A DNA stretch of 64,000 bases from Eledone cirrhosa. Taxonomy: Eukaryota. Of this stretch, positions 1 to 13,320 are shown in pieces. Numbering within the stretch: position 1 is the first letter of the stretch; every line of letters starts with the position of its first letter. The notes beneath the pieces are model-generated. The model was not told where the DNA came from and did no database searches. It saw only the letters and a program-made list of their open reading frames with translations. Made by a program: the position numbers and the translations under genes. The stretch lies in the NCBI GenBank assembly GCA_964016885.1, contig OZ024743.1:53072001-53136000 (forward strand). Direction: 5' to 3'.

Positions 1-114
1 CACGTTATATTTTGAAGTCTATAGGCATTTTTATGGGCCACGTCCAATATTCGCGGTTTTTAACTCTTCACGAGTGCTCTAGGAAGGTAACTCCTGCGAA
101 TATCGGGGGCCAAC

Positions 115-898
<784 letters not shown>

Positions 899-999
899 AA
901 TACCTGATTGGCTTTTTCGTTGCATTGGTATTTTGTGGGTGGCTCACCTGCCGCAGTTTTCAATTTGTCAAGCTATCTAACGTATGTTATTACTCTAAG

Positions 1000-1110
1000 G
1001 TAACCGCCGAGGTTGACTTTGCCTTTCATCCTTACGGGGTCGATAAAATAAAGTACCAGTAATGCACTGGGTAATTGCTGGCCTTGTGCCAAAAGTAGAA
1101 ACAGATATTA
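1000..1110 (+). mobile_element. SINE fragment (3' half)
   Basis: gaggttgactttgcctttcatccttacggggtcgataaaataaagtaccagt...gctggccttgtgccaaaagtagaaac, shared with copies at 23.0, 45.5, 56.5 and 59.6 kb. Confidence 0.85.
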
Positions 1111-1243
1111 CTCTAAGGTGACACAACCTTCTCGAGTGCTTTGCTGCAGATTCCTGATTGTATATCTACAGCCAAACCTTCGATTTTACTAAACTTCCTT
1201 ATATATATATATAAATATGCAGTTGCGGGTCTTGAACAATTTC

Positions 1244-1304
<61 letters not shown>

Positions 1305-1585
1305 AATATAAATTAACGAGAATCGTATTTCGGCTTTGGAATTAGCGAAAAACAACTTCCGAGATGTGTGGCAAGCGCTCAATAATTCTGACGAACGAGA
1401 GCTACAACATACGTTAAAGGCCAAACACACTGAGACGGTGGTTAAACCGTCATCCGCACAGTCATAGAAACGACCAAGTAATTCGGGTCAAACAAATAAA
1501 AAAATATGTGATTGAAATATATATTTGCCAGGTATGAGCCAAATATATTATATAAACATGTTTTAACGGTTTTAAACTCTTTGTA

Positions 1586-1638
<53 letters not shown>

Positions 1639-1715
1639 CGAAGGAAGTGTGGTAAGGAACCAGGTGGACCATAACGCACCAGAGTACTCAATATTTAGGG
1701 TAATAGAGTGGGTAA

Positions 1716-1820
1716 TAGGAAATTGTTCAAGACCCCGACGGCAGAGCTCAAGCCGTTTCGACTGAAATAGCCGTCGAAACGGCTTGAGCTCTGCAGTCGG
1801 GGGTCTTGAACAATTTCCTA
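1716..1820. repeat. Fold-back palindrome containing the 3' half of a hammerhead ribozyme
   Basis: Arms taggaaattgttcaagacccc...gtttcgac / gtcgaaac...ggggtcttgaacaatttccta around a 10-nt loop. The left arm on the minus strand reads GAAA-CGGC-ttgagctct-GCCG-TC (stem III plus GUC triplet). Confidence 0.75.
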
Positions 1821-2048
1821 TATACATACATACATACAAGGCCCTTCGGACTGCCAGGCATGAGCCAAAACCTGTATGGACAGTCAGCCTGAGACCCCCT
1901 ATGTTGTCAATAACTGATCAATAGATTACTGAGGTCAACTGATCGACTGTAAATATTTATCAATATGTCAGGTGACCTCTTTATTTGCCTTATCTCTTCT
2001 TTCTATTGATTTCCATGTCTTAACTCTTCTTCCGATACCTCCCTCCCC

Positions 2049-2095
<47 letters not shown>

Positions 2096-2652
2096 GGAAA
2101 AAATGAAACAAAATTTCATTTCCCACTCTTAGTACGGCTGTTACTTAAATATAAGTATGTATACGTACATACATATATGTATACAGACGTACAGTAGTAT
2201 GTATATTTATATACATACATGCACACATATATATATGTACGTATGGATTCACCGAACATTTATTATAATGCTCGGTGTGTTTGTAAACAAACATCCCGAA
2301 TTAAGCTGTACAGTGTCTAGCAACCATCGTTGCTCATTTGTTCAACACTGACAAAGGAACGCTGTACTAGTTTCAAGCTTATTAGCTATCGTCAGCAACG
2401 TATACCTTCCTGCCAGATGATTGAACGTCTGAAAGTATATACTTTCCTTATGCATATTAACGGCTGAGCAGCCTAATTTGCATATCGAGTGAGTTAATCG
2501 GCCGGGCGCACCGAAAACTTATATATATATATTTAAAAGTTCAATGAATATTTATATATATATATATTTAAAGGTTCAATGAATAAATCAAAGAATGAGT
2601 TTTACAATAGATTGGAAGCACTCAACAGTATTGGTTTTCCAGAGTTATTAAT

Positions 2653-2920
2653 ATTAATTCAAAATATTAACAAAATAGATATTCTTGTGATCAAGTATAT
2701 TTTATTATACATATTTCAGAGGTACTGAGTTAACTTCAACAGTACGTCCTCATCAGATATGACTGAATCTTAACCATCTACTATGTCAGGGTATGTCATG
2801 CATCATCTTATTTTATCTGATGAGGACGTACTGTTGAAGTTAACTCAGTACCTCTGAAATATGTATAATAAAATATACTTGATCACAAGAATATCTATTT
2901 TGTTAATATTTTGAATTAAT
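2653..2920. mobile_element. Non-autonomous PLE-like inverted repeat with a hammerhead in each arm
   Basis: 107-bp arms 2653-2759 and 2814-2920, flanked by TA tracts; homologous to the hairpins at 53.6 and 54.3 kb. Confidence 0.8.
2811..2873 (+). ncRNA. Minimal type I hammerhead ribozyme
   Basis: ttttat-CTGATGA-ggacgtactg..cagtacctct-GAAA-tatgtata-ataaaa; stem I ttttat/ataaaa, stem II gtactg/cagtac, short near-palindromic stem III. Confidence 0.75.
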
Positions 2921-2924
2921 TGAA

Positions 2925-2966
<42 letters not shown>

Positions 2967-3460
2967 AAGCGTTAAACTATCTTCAAACCCTCTTGTGTTA
3001 TATATATATATATATATAACAAAGGGGTCCTGAAAACTTTCCCTATTACCCACTCTACTACCCAAAGTATTGAGTACTCTGGTGCGTTATGGTCCACCTG
3101 GTTCCTTACCACAACTCCTTCTTTATATATATACGTGTGTGTGTGTGTGACTAACTCTTTCCCCTCTATCTTATATAAGTTCCTCCTCTCACTTCTATCT
3201 ATTTTCAATCCATTGCCTACTCCTCCTTCTCCTACACAGTTCTCTCTCTCTCAGAGACAGAAGTAGTATGATTATACAGAGAGGTATAGATTAGTAGGTA
3301 GCGGGCTGTTACACACACACACACGCTGACACAGACACACTGACATACACACTGACATACACTGATACACATACACTGACACACTCAACTATATCTCCTA
3401 CCTCTATACAATTTCCTGTTATTGTTAGACATAAACACACACATATATATATATAACACA

Positions 3461-3548
<88 letters not shown>

Positions 3549-3654
3549 AACTATATATATATATATATATATATACACACAAACTATATAGTTCTGAACA
3601 GTTGTCAGGTGAGTAGTATAGTTTTGATCTGTAAAACTCATGTCATGCACATCT

Positions 3655-4275
3655 AACTCACACACAAACACCAGAACACACACGCTCACACACACACCAG
3701 AACACACACGCTTACACACACAAACACCAGAACACACACGCTCACACACACACCAGAACACACACGCTTACACACACAAACACCAGAACACACACGCTCA
3801 CACACACACCAGAACACACACGCTCACACACACAAACACCAGAACACACGCTCACACACACAAACACCAGAACACACACGCTCACACACACACCAGAACA
3901 CACGCTCACACACACAAACACCAGAACACACACGCTTACACACACAAACACCAGAACACACGCTCACACACACAAACACCAGAACACACACGCTCACACA
4001 CACACCAGAACACACACGCTCACACACACAAACACCAGAACACACGCTCACACACACAAACACCAGAACACACGCTCACACACACAAACACCAGAACACA
4101 CGCTCACACACACAAACACCAGAACACACAGGCTTACACACACAAACACCAGAACACACGCTCACACACACAAACACCAGAACACACACGCTTACACACA
4201 CAAACACCAGAACACACGCTCACACACACAAACACCAGAACACACACACACACATCAGAACACACACACACACAT
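3655..4275. repeat. CA-rich minisatellite (unit ~24-30 bp, core caccagaacacac(ac)gctc)
   Basis: More than 20 tandem copies with variable CA tract length. Confidence 0.93.
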
Positions 4276-4390
4276 ATATACAATTACATGGTTTCGATCC
4301 CTATCCTCATATCATAGCATCTAATGGCCCAAACATTTTATATCCTCTCCTTATAGATTACTTACCTATCTATCTGTCTATCTATCTCAA

Positions 4391-4942
4391 AAGGGGGTGT
4401 GTGCGACCCCCCAAGGCGCCTCCTCTCTATTGAGGATTTTGTTAAAAATTTTATTTTTTGTTATATCTTATTTTATTTTTATATTTTGTTATTGCCTCCT
4501 CCTTATTGAGGACGCCTTTTTGTGTAAACTCCCCCCTTTGTACTTGTCCCACTTTTGATGCCCTAGTGGCAAATAAAAGAAATATATCTATCTCAAAAGG
4601 AAGGTGAGAGTGGAGAGAGAGGTGCTACACCCCAGTATATTTGCTGAAAGGTGGGTGAATGTGGCAAAAATGGCCCGAGTGAATGGGCCTTCTCTGTATA
4701 TAAACCTGTAGGTTGAGGAACATAAACAGAGGGAAGACAGGAACACCTACCAAACGTGTTCCTGGTGTTGAGGGTTGTTCTATCCACGGGGTGTAAAACA
4801 ACCCTGCAGTAACGTTCCCCCCTATTGGGGATTTCAATTGTTATTTATTAATGTTAAAGTTATATGATTTTTATGTAAAATCCCCGCCGTCATGTCTTGT
4901 AAAGTCCCATTTCTGTACACCCCTGTGGCAAATATAGAAAGA

Positions 4943-4993
<51 letters not shown>

Positions 4994-5446
4994 AATGAAG
5001 CAAAGGTGGTTTTTCTGTGCGTAATAGCCATGTTGAAAGAGGTTGTTTGAAAGGTCTGAGGTCAGGCAACTTCCTCTCTGGCCATAGTCTGGTCTACTTC
5101 TTCCGATATCACTTCGGAAGAAGGATAAGAATGGAGAGAGAGGTGCTTGGCCACAGGCAGTTTTATGAAAGGTGGGTGATAGTGGCGAGAATGGCTCGTG
5201 TAAATGGGCCTTCTCTGTATACCATCCTGTAGGTAAAGAAGTAAAGGAGAGGGGAGCACCTTCTCCATGTGTTCCCCGGGCAAAGGATTGCACACTTTTT
5301 CGGGGGTGTGTGCAACCCCCATCACGTCCCCTCCCTTTTGAGGTTATTTCCGATTGTTTTCATGTTACACCCTTTTTACTCGATTATATGTAAACTCCCC
5401 CTTTGTATTTGTCCCTTCTTTTTATGCCTTTATGGTAAATAAAGAA

Positions 5447-5492
<46 letters not shown>

Positions 5493-5650
5493 GTGTTACC
5501 CATATGTAATGTCTCCCCCTATTGGGGAAAATCGACTAATTTTTAAATTGCATTTGTGATAATATTTTACACGTTTTTATTGTATGTAAACTTCCCCCTT
5601 TGTATTTGTCCCCTTCTTTTGTGCCCCTGTGGCTAATAAAGAAACATATC
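4391..5650 (+). mobile_element. Four stacked 5'-truncated 3' ends of an L1/Tx1-type LINE, separated by (ATCT)n
   Basis: Each ends in ...gtccc..tttt.tgccc.tgtggcaaata(a)agaaa-like sequence followed by (ctat)n. 4994-5220 encodes VFLCVIAMLKEVV..LKGL..FFRYHFGRRIRMEREVL, homologous to the ORF2 C-termini at 44.1 and 45.0 kb. Confidence 0.8.
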
Positions 5651-5758
5651 TATCTATCTATCTATCTATCTGTCTATCTATATGTCTGTCTATATGTCTG
5701 TCTATCTGTCTCTCTATCTCTCAACCCCCCTTTCTCTCTATATATATTTATATGTATA

Positions 5759-5807
<49 letters not shown>

Positions 5808-6022
5808 AAGTGTGTGTATATGTTTTACAGATATATATAATTAAAATAAAATGTTGCATTAAAACTCACAATATCCTCTAATAAATAAACTCAAGGAAGA
5901 AATTCCGAGCTCTTTATAACAGAGTAGAGAGAAACACACACACACATACACACACATACACACACACACGCACACACGCACTCACACACATACACACATA
6001 CTCATATATGTGTGTGTGTATG

Positions 6023-6059
<37 letters not shown>

Positions 6060-6235
6060 CATTTCATCATTTCATTTTACGTCCACTTTTCCCTGCTTGC
6101 AAGGGTGGGACGGGAACTGATTCTGGCTTGATTTCTACAGCTGGATGCCCTTCCTAACACCAACCTCATTTACAGTGAGTGCTGGGTGCTTTTTTGCCGT
6201 GGTACCTCCACGACCACTTTGCAGTGGAATGATAG
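6060..6235 (-). mobile_element. RTE LINE 3' tail fragment
   Basis: gatttggcttgatttctacagctggatgcccttcctaacac..cctcatttacagtgagtgctgggtgc is nearly identical to the RTE tail at 48710-48860. Confidence 0.8.
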
Positions 6236-6254
6236 GGACCCCAGTCCCTATCAT

Positions 6255-6477
<223 letters not shown>

Positions 6478-6482
6478 ACACC

Positions 6483-6568
6483 TATCTGAGGAGCTTCCGA
6501 TTCCAGAGTCAGGAACGATCATTAATTGATCATTCCTCGAGCTGATCGACAGTGAAACATATGTAATA
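6483..6568 (+). ncRNA. Putative hammerhead ribozyme with expanded stem II
   Basis: tat-CTGAGGA-gct..(~55 nt)..agt-GAAA-catatg-TA-ata; palindromic stem III ACATATGT, GUA triplet, short stem I. Confidence 0.55.
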
Positions 6569-6680
6569 TGTAATTAAATATGTAAATGATGCAACACTGA
6601 TTCTTTGTTCCCTTATAATATTATATATATATATAAGTTTAGGAATAACCAAAGAGTGCTTAGAAATACATTGTTTTATT

Positions 6681-6727
6681 AGCTAACAGTGTTTCATCCA
6701 TACCCTATGGCAGGAATCATCAGAGCC
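6681..6727 (-). ncRNA. Degenerate hammerhead ribozyme
   Basis: Minus strand: ggct-CTGATGA-ttcc..ggat-GAAA-cactg-TT-agct. Confidence 0.55.
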
Positions 6728-7600
6728 TATAAACAAAAATATATCATAGGTTGCAGGCTCCATCGAGCTCTATCACCAGAACAAGTATAAAGGCCATCGC
6801 CATATAGAAAAACGCACAATATATGACGCACATAATTTCATAAAATGCCATAAAAAATTACATCAAAAATTTATCACATACATGGTGCAATAGATGAAAT
6901 GAGAGAGGGTGTTACTCAGCATGATAAAAAAGTAACAAAAAACCCACCCAAAAATACAAAAAAAAACAAACAAGCAAACAAACAAACAAAGCAAAGCATA
7001 GATACATCAATTCACAAGCAGTGCAAATACAGGATGTACAGGCAGAGTATTAGAGCTTGCAAGCATGAGTCCGTGAAAAGAAGAGTTGGTTAGCTGTGGT
7101 GCAGCTTTACATGTAGGATTGTCTATAGGAAGGACGATGCACTCCAGTTATATCGCCTTGTAACGGGTCGATTTTTCCATATCATACCAACACCCTCCAT
7201 CCATTGGTTCCAGTTAGTTCCAAGAGTTAGGCGATATAATACTATGTCTCCAAAACATACGGCCGGAGGATTTCTCCGCATAGGCAGTCTGTAATAAACA
7301 CCTTAAATCTAAAATAAAGCAGAGTACGACAAGGTGAAGTAAAGTGGGGTACGTGTACAGCCGACACTCCAGTGAAGAAAGTGAAAACGAGGAAGGTCCG
7401 CAATATCTGCTACCTCACAAAGTGCTCACGTTCGGTCATACGACCCAACGTCCCAAGCGAAATACACTGTATGGCCGAGTCGGCATCGAACTAAAGTGCC
7501 ATACCGTATGCAAATATACCACAATAAATGTTATTCGTGATGGCTAGTCAGTCACGTAGACAGAAAGTGTATATAGAAAACTCCGCTTATATACATATAC

Positions 7601-7694
<94 letters not shown>

Positions 7695-7768
7695 ATATAT
7701 ATATATCGTTTCTGAATTTGTTTAGCAAGATTCTTTATCTATATATATGTATATATATATACATATAC

Positions 7769-7802
<34 letters not shown>

Positions 7803-8391
7803 ATATATATATATATACATATTAGTTTTGCGAGGTTTTTTATATGAAATCGTGTGTCGAAACAGATATTGTTATATTTGGGGAGGGTCATATTTGCGTA
7901 ATATTGCCAGAATTAATAACAGAACACACTCACTGTTTGGTTGGTTTTCGCTTCTCGCTGTCTTTTATATATATATATCTGCGATCTAACTTACTCGGTC
8001 CTCAATGTTGCCATTGACTGACCGGCGGTCAAAAATAATACAGATACAATATAGACAAACACATATATATATAGTTTACATAAATCTTTCGTTGCACATC
8101 TGCAACATCGTCAGTGGTGTTATATTCATTGTTCCTCCTGTTGTGTTGTATGTCTACGCCATTTTTTTGTTCAGTCTGTCTATATATTTATTTATTTATT
8201 TGCTTGTTTGTTTATCTTATTTTATTTTGTCTTCTTTGCGCATGCGTTTGCGTGTGTGTATAGTGTTATGTGTGATGTGTGACTAGTGTGTATAGTGTTG
8301 TGTCTGCTGGGTGACTAGTGTGTGTTTATGTGCTTGTGTATGTATTTATTTATCTTATTTAATTTAATTTAATTTTTTTTTACTTATTTAT

Positions 8392-8865
8392 TTATACTTC
8401 TCTTAGGTCAGTGTTGTTTGTTTGGGTGTTGTTGTTGTTCCACTCATTCTTTCTGTTTAGCTTTGGTCTTCTAATTTCTATTTCACTGGCCTCTCTGATT
8501 TGCCTATCTGCTGGGTCATTTCTATGTTTAGATATTATTCTAATTTCTATGTTGTCTATGTTACCGTCATGATGTTGTCTAGCATGTTCGTATAGTACTG
8601 ACCCGTTTTTTCGTCCTTTTAGTTCCCCCCAGTGTTGGTCTATCCTTTCACCTATGCTACGAGCTGTCTCACCTATGTATGTTGTTGTCGTGTTTCTGCA
8701 AGTACCCTCTGTACATCTTATGCTATAGACTACGTTTCTAGTTTTACAGTTTATCCGGGGGTTCACCTTACATATGATACATTTCCTATTGGTACAGTGG
8801 GTTTTCTTAAAAGGGTAGGTTTTGCTGATCAGGGATTTTATGGTGGTTCCTGGCTTTTCTACCAC
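8392..8865 (-). pseudogene. PLE C-terminal fragment: Cys-rich linker plus GIY-YIG endonuclease (no RT)
   Basis: CTNRKCIIC..C..NVVYSIRC...C...YIGETARSIGERIDQH...RQIREASEI..RPKLN. Confidence 0.9.
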
Positions 8866-8930
8866 CTTTATTTTTAAGTGGGTCTTTCTCAGGGCCTTTC
8901 TACACTGAAAAGACCCACTTAAAAATAAAG

Positions 8931-9404
8931 GTGGTAGAAAAGCCAGGAACCACCATAAAATCCCTGATCAGCAAAACCTACCCTTTTAAGAAAACCCACT
9001 GTACCAATAGGAAATGTATCATATGTAAGGTGAACCCCCGGATAAACTGTAAAACTAGAAACGTAGTCTATAGCATAAGATGTACAGAGGGTACTTGCAG
9101 AAACACGACAACAACATACATAGGTGAGACAGCTCGTAGCATAGGTGAAAGGATAGACCAACACTGGGGGGAACTAAAAGGACGAAAAAACGGGTCAGTA
9201 CTATACGAACATGCTAGACAACATCATGACGGTAACATAGACAACATAGAAATTAGAATAATATCTAAACATAGGAATGACCCAGCAGATAGGCAAATCA
9301 GAGAGGCCAGTGAAATAGAAATTAGAAGACCAAAGCTAAACAGAAAGAATGAGTGGAACAACAACAACACCCAAACAAACAACACTGACCTAAGAGAAGT
9401 ATAA
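8931..9404 (+). pseudogene. Mirror copy of the PLE GIY-YIG fragment
   Basis: Identical 157-aa translation to 8392-8865. Confidence 0.9.
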
Positions 9405-9673
9405 ATAAATAAGTAAATTAAATAAAATAAAATAAGATAAATAAATACATACACAAGCACATAAACACACACTAGTCACCCAGCAGACACAACACTATAC
9501 ACACTAGTCACACATCACACATAACACTATACACACACGCAAACGCATGCGCAAAGAAGACAAAATAAAATAAGATAAACAAACAAGCAAATAAATAAAT
9601 AAATATATAGACAGACTGAACAAAAAAAATGGCGTAGACATACAACACAACAGGAGGAACAATGAATATAACA

Positions 9674-9713
9674 CCACTGACGATGTTGCAGATGTGCAAC
9701 GAAAGATTTATGT
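9674..9713 (+). ncRNA. Minimal hammerhead downstream of the PLE ORF (mirror copy at 8078-8117, minus strand)
   Basis: cca-CTGACGA-t-gttgca-gatg-tgcaac-GAAA-gatt-TA-tgt; strong stem II, weak stems I and III. Confidence 0.65.
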
Positions 9714-10269
9714 AAACTATATATATATGTGTTTGTCTATATTGTATCTGTATTATTTTTGACCGCCGGTCAGTCAATGGCAACATTGAGGACCGAGTAA
9801 GTTAGATCGCAGATATATATATATAAAAGACAGCGAGAAGCGAAAACCAACCAAACAGTGAGTGTGTTCTGTTATTAATTCTGGCAATATTAGGCAAATA
9901 TGACCCTCCCCAAATATAACAATATATATACATATATATATATGTATGTATATATATATATATTTATACACACACCTAATTGTGTGCATATATATATACA
10001 CACACACACACACACACCTAACTGTGTGCGAGTGTGTGTTTATGTGTGTGCATATGTTAACATACCTTATCACCTTGTCTCTCACCCTTGCCACCCCAAG
10101 ACCCATTCTTTGCTGACGTTTTTTCCCACCCCCATCTTTTTTGTTGTAATATTACATTTATTTAGTGAAGACACAACCACAGGTTTGTGTCCCACTCCTC
10201 AAACTTTGTATCACCATAACTTTGTTAATGTATATTGAGCAATGAAGTTTTCAACAAATATATTTTTAA

Positions 10270-10500
10270 CCCTTTAGCATTTAAACTGGCCATATCCAGT
10301 CAGAATTCTCTCACCTCTTTCTTTTTAAACTGACAATAACCAGCCACTCATATGTATGTTAAGGTATTGTTCTCAAAATAAGTGATATCAAAATCTCGTA
10401 GCTTCGATATTATAGGAGATAATTATGAGAGGTAAAGCCTTGACCTCAAAAATACAATTAGTATATATAGAGTAATGTAAAGGTCTTTATTCTGAATTAT
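10270..10500 (+). mobile_element. piggyBac-like MITE fragment
   Basis: ttaa-ccctttagcatttaaactggccatatc..., homologous to the complete copy at 55938-56158. Confidence 0.65.
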
Positions 10501-10636
10501 ATTCATTCAATTAAAAAGATGAACTGGAAAAAAAAAGAAATGTTTTCACAATTCAAAGTTGTAGAAAATATTTTGCGTTTCAGTATAAAATCTATTAATA
10601 TCCTGATTGATATTTATACACTGGTTATATATATAT

Positions 10637-10935
10637 CATCATCATCATCATCATTGTCGTTTTAATGTCGGCTTTCTCTGCTATCAAAGGTTGGATGGGT
10701 TTACATAGATCAAGTCAGTACTGAAGTGGGGTTGCTGACCTCCTAGACAGGCCAGGGATCTGTGCCTCAGTTATGTACTCATATTGTAACAAGTCAACAG
10801 AAGTTGACATGTCTGACACAACTGAGAGTCCTCCCAACCTTTTGTTTAACAAGATTTCTACTGCTGGATGACCTTTCTATCACCAACCACTTTACAGAGT
10901 GTACTGGGCGAGTTTATCATGTAGATCACCAACAT
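10637..10935 (-). mobile_element. RTE-type 3' tail fragment with (CAT)n end
   Basis: (cat)n then gatttctactgctggatgacctttctatcaccaaccactttacagagtgtactggg, similar to the other RTE tails here. Confidence 0.65.
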
Positions 10936-11052
10936 TAGGGAGGTTGTCATATCCTTTACACACACATACACATACACACACACACACATATATATATATA
11001 ATCACTGGAAGATTTATGACATTATTCTGATTGATGTTTGATGTGTATACAC

Positions 11053-11111
<59 letters not shown>

Positions 11112-11413
11112 TGTGTGTGTGTAATGACTATGACGGTTGGAAGACCACTGATGAAGGACAAACTTTTTCATATGTAACCCATTTGCAATGCCGCAGCTCC
11201 ATTATTATCATATTTACATATATATATATATTATATATATATATATATATAGAAATTGGAATAAATGCTCTGAAATAGCGATATATATGTGAATATAGAC
11301 ATAGAATATTCGAAAATATTCTGTATGTTTATAATAAACATTTTGAAGACCTAATCGCTATAGAATAGAATACGTCACGTATTACAATTAGATTCTCGAT
11401 AAAAGCAAGGGAA

Positions 11414-11456
11414 GTAATCTACGCGTTTCATTCTCGTTAGAAATCATCAGGACTAC
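11414..11456 (-). ncRNA. Minimal type I hammerhead ribozyme, copy 1
   Basis: gtagtc-CTGATGA-tttctaacgagaat-GAAA-cgcg-TA-gattac; stem I gtagtc/gattac, palindromic ACGCGT stem III, GUA triplet; outer stem ttctcgataaaagca/tgcttttatcgagaa. Confidence 0.85.
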
Positions 11457-11723
11457 ATATCCAGTGCTTTTATCGAGAATGACACAGCTAGAGACTTATA
11501 GAATACTTAGCTGTGTACAGGAACTGGTTTGAAAGAGCGGTTGCCGGTCCGGCAGAAATTAGAAATTGGAATAAATGCTCTGAAATAGCGATATATATGT
11601 GAATATAGACATAGAATATTCGAAAATATTCTGTATGTTTATAATAAACATTTTGAAGACCTAATCGCTATAGAATAGAATACGTCACGTATTACAATTA
11701 GATTCTCGATAAAAGCAAGGGAA

Positions 11724-11766
11724 GTAATCTACGCGTTTCATTCTCGTTAGAAATCATCAGGACTAC
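11724..11766 (-). ncRNA. Minimal type I hammerhead ribozyme, copy 2
   Basis: Same sequence as 11414-11456, 310 bp away. Confidence 0.85.
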
Positions 11767-11848
11767 ATATCCAGTGCTTTTATCGAGAATGACACAGCTA
11801 GAGACTTATAGAATACTTAGCTGTGTACAGGAACTGGTTTGAAAGAGC

Positions 11849-12150
<302 letters not shown>

Positions 12151-12827
12151 GACGAGCTCTACAAGTCAGCAGAAGTATAGTAGACTCCAAAAGAATGTAT
12201 AGAATTAGAAATATTCCCATTTGAAACTTGTCCCAATTTACCTGTTACATCCTGACCAACCTCTTGACTTTTCCCCAAACTCTCTCACAAAACCTTTTCT
12301 CTTTCAGTCTTCGATTTTTTGCTCATTATTACTTTTTATTATTTTATTTTTTTATTTTTCTGTTTATGATTTTTTTTTGTTTATGATTTTTTGTTTATGA
12401 TCTTCTGTTTGTATTTTCACCTGTTTTTGATAATGTTGTATCCTCTAACACCCCCCCCCCCCTTTAATGTCTTTCCACCACTCCCCCTCACACCATTGGA
12501 ACTCTTTTCCTGCCCACTTTTCTCCTGATGACGTCCCCCCCCCCCCCCACTCTCAAGCGTGAACCTAATATTAACCTTGTACTGCCTCTTCGCTATGTTT
12601 TTGTTTTGTTGTTTTCTGTTTTAACTATAATATATATATATATATATACATCCAATATCAAATCTATGATATTATCATGATCAATATTATTATCAACAGG
12701 AAATTAGAAAGTATGAAGAACAATATTTCCCTGTTTATGTTTAACCTATTACAAACACAAATGGAACATTTTCAGTAGATGAAAGCATTATTACCAGCTT
12801 TACACAGGCTTGCACACATATGATGTA

Positions 12828-12876
12828 GACACACACACATACACGGACAGACAGACCCCCCCCCCCCACAAACACA

Positions 12877-12913
<37 letters not shown>

Positions 12914-13066
12914 ACACACACACACAGGCACACACACACAGACGCACACACACACACAAACACACACATACAGACACACACACACACAGACACAGACACA
13001 CACAGACACACACACACACAGACACACACAGACACCACAGACACACATACCCCCCCCCCCACAAAT

Positions 13067-13097
<31 letters not shown>
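12828..13097. repeat. Degenerate (CA)n tract
   Basis: Direct reading. Confidence 0.9.
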
Positions 13098-13100
<3 letters not shown>

Positions 13101-13320
13101 TGCACTCAGATGAACATATGAGATTATGTATATCTAAATGCACCAACATAACAGGCCACCGGTATGTTGCCCTCAACAATACGATAGACAGGTGTAGTCA
13201 TGTGTAGACATTCTATGTCACTGACAAACTCTGGTTGAATGAAAACCACAACATACTCTTGTCTGTGGCTTATAACTATGCTTGTTCGGGGCCATATTTA
13301 TTGAATGATATATATAAGGC

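Larger units (their letters stand above)
7866..9925. mobile_element. Penelope-like element, 5'-truncated, present as a ~2-kb head-to-head palindrome
   Basis: Arms ~7866-8887 and ~8909-9925 are near-perfect reverse complements; each carries the same GIY-YIG ORF and a 3' hammerhead; flanked by TA-rich microsatellite. Confidence 0.92.

Noticed and set aside
3640-4317. 225-aa His/Thr-rich ORF
   Set aside because: Translation of a CA-rich minisatellite.
8392-9404. Two host or homing GIY-YIG nuclease genes in divergent orientation
   Set aside because: GTG pseudo-starts, identical mirror copies, a PLE-type Cys linker and a 3' hammerhead indicate one truncated Penelope-like element.
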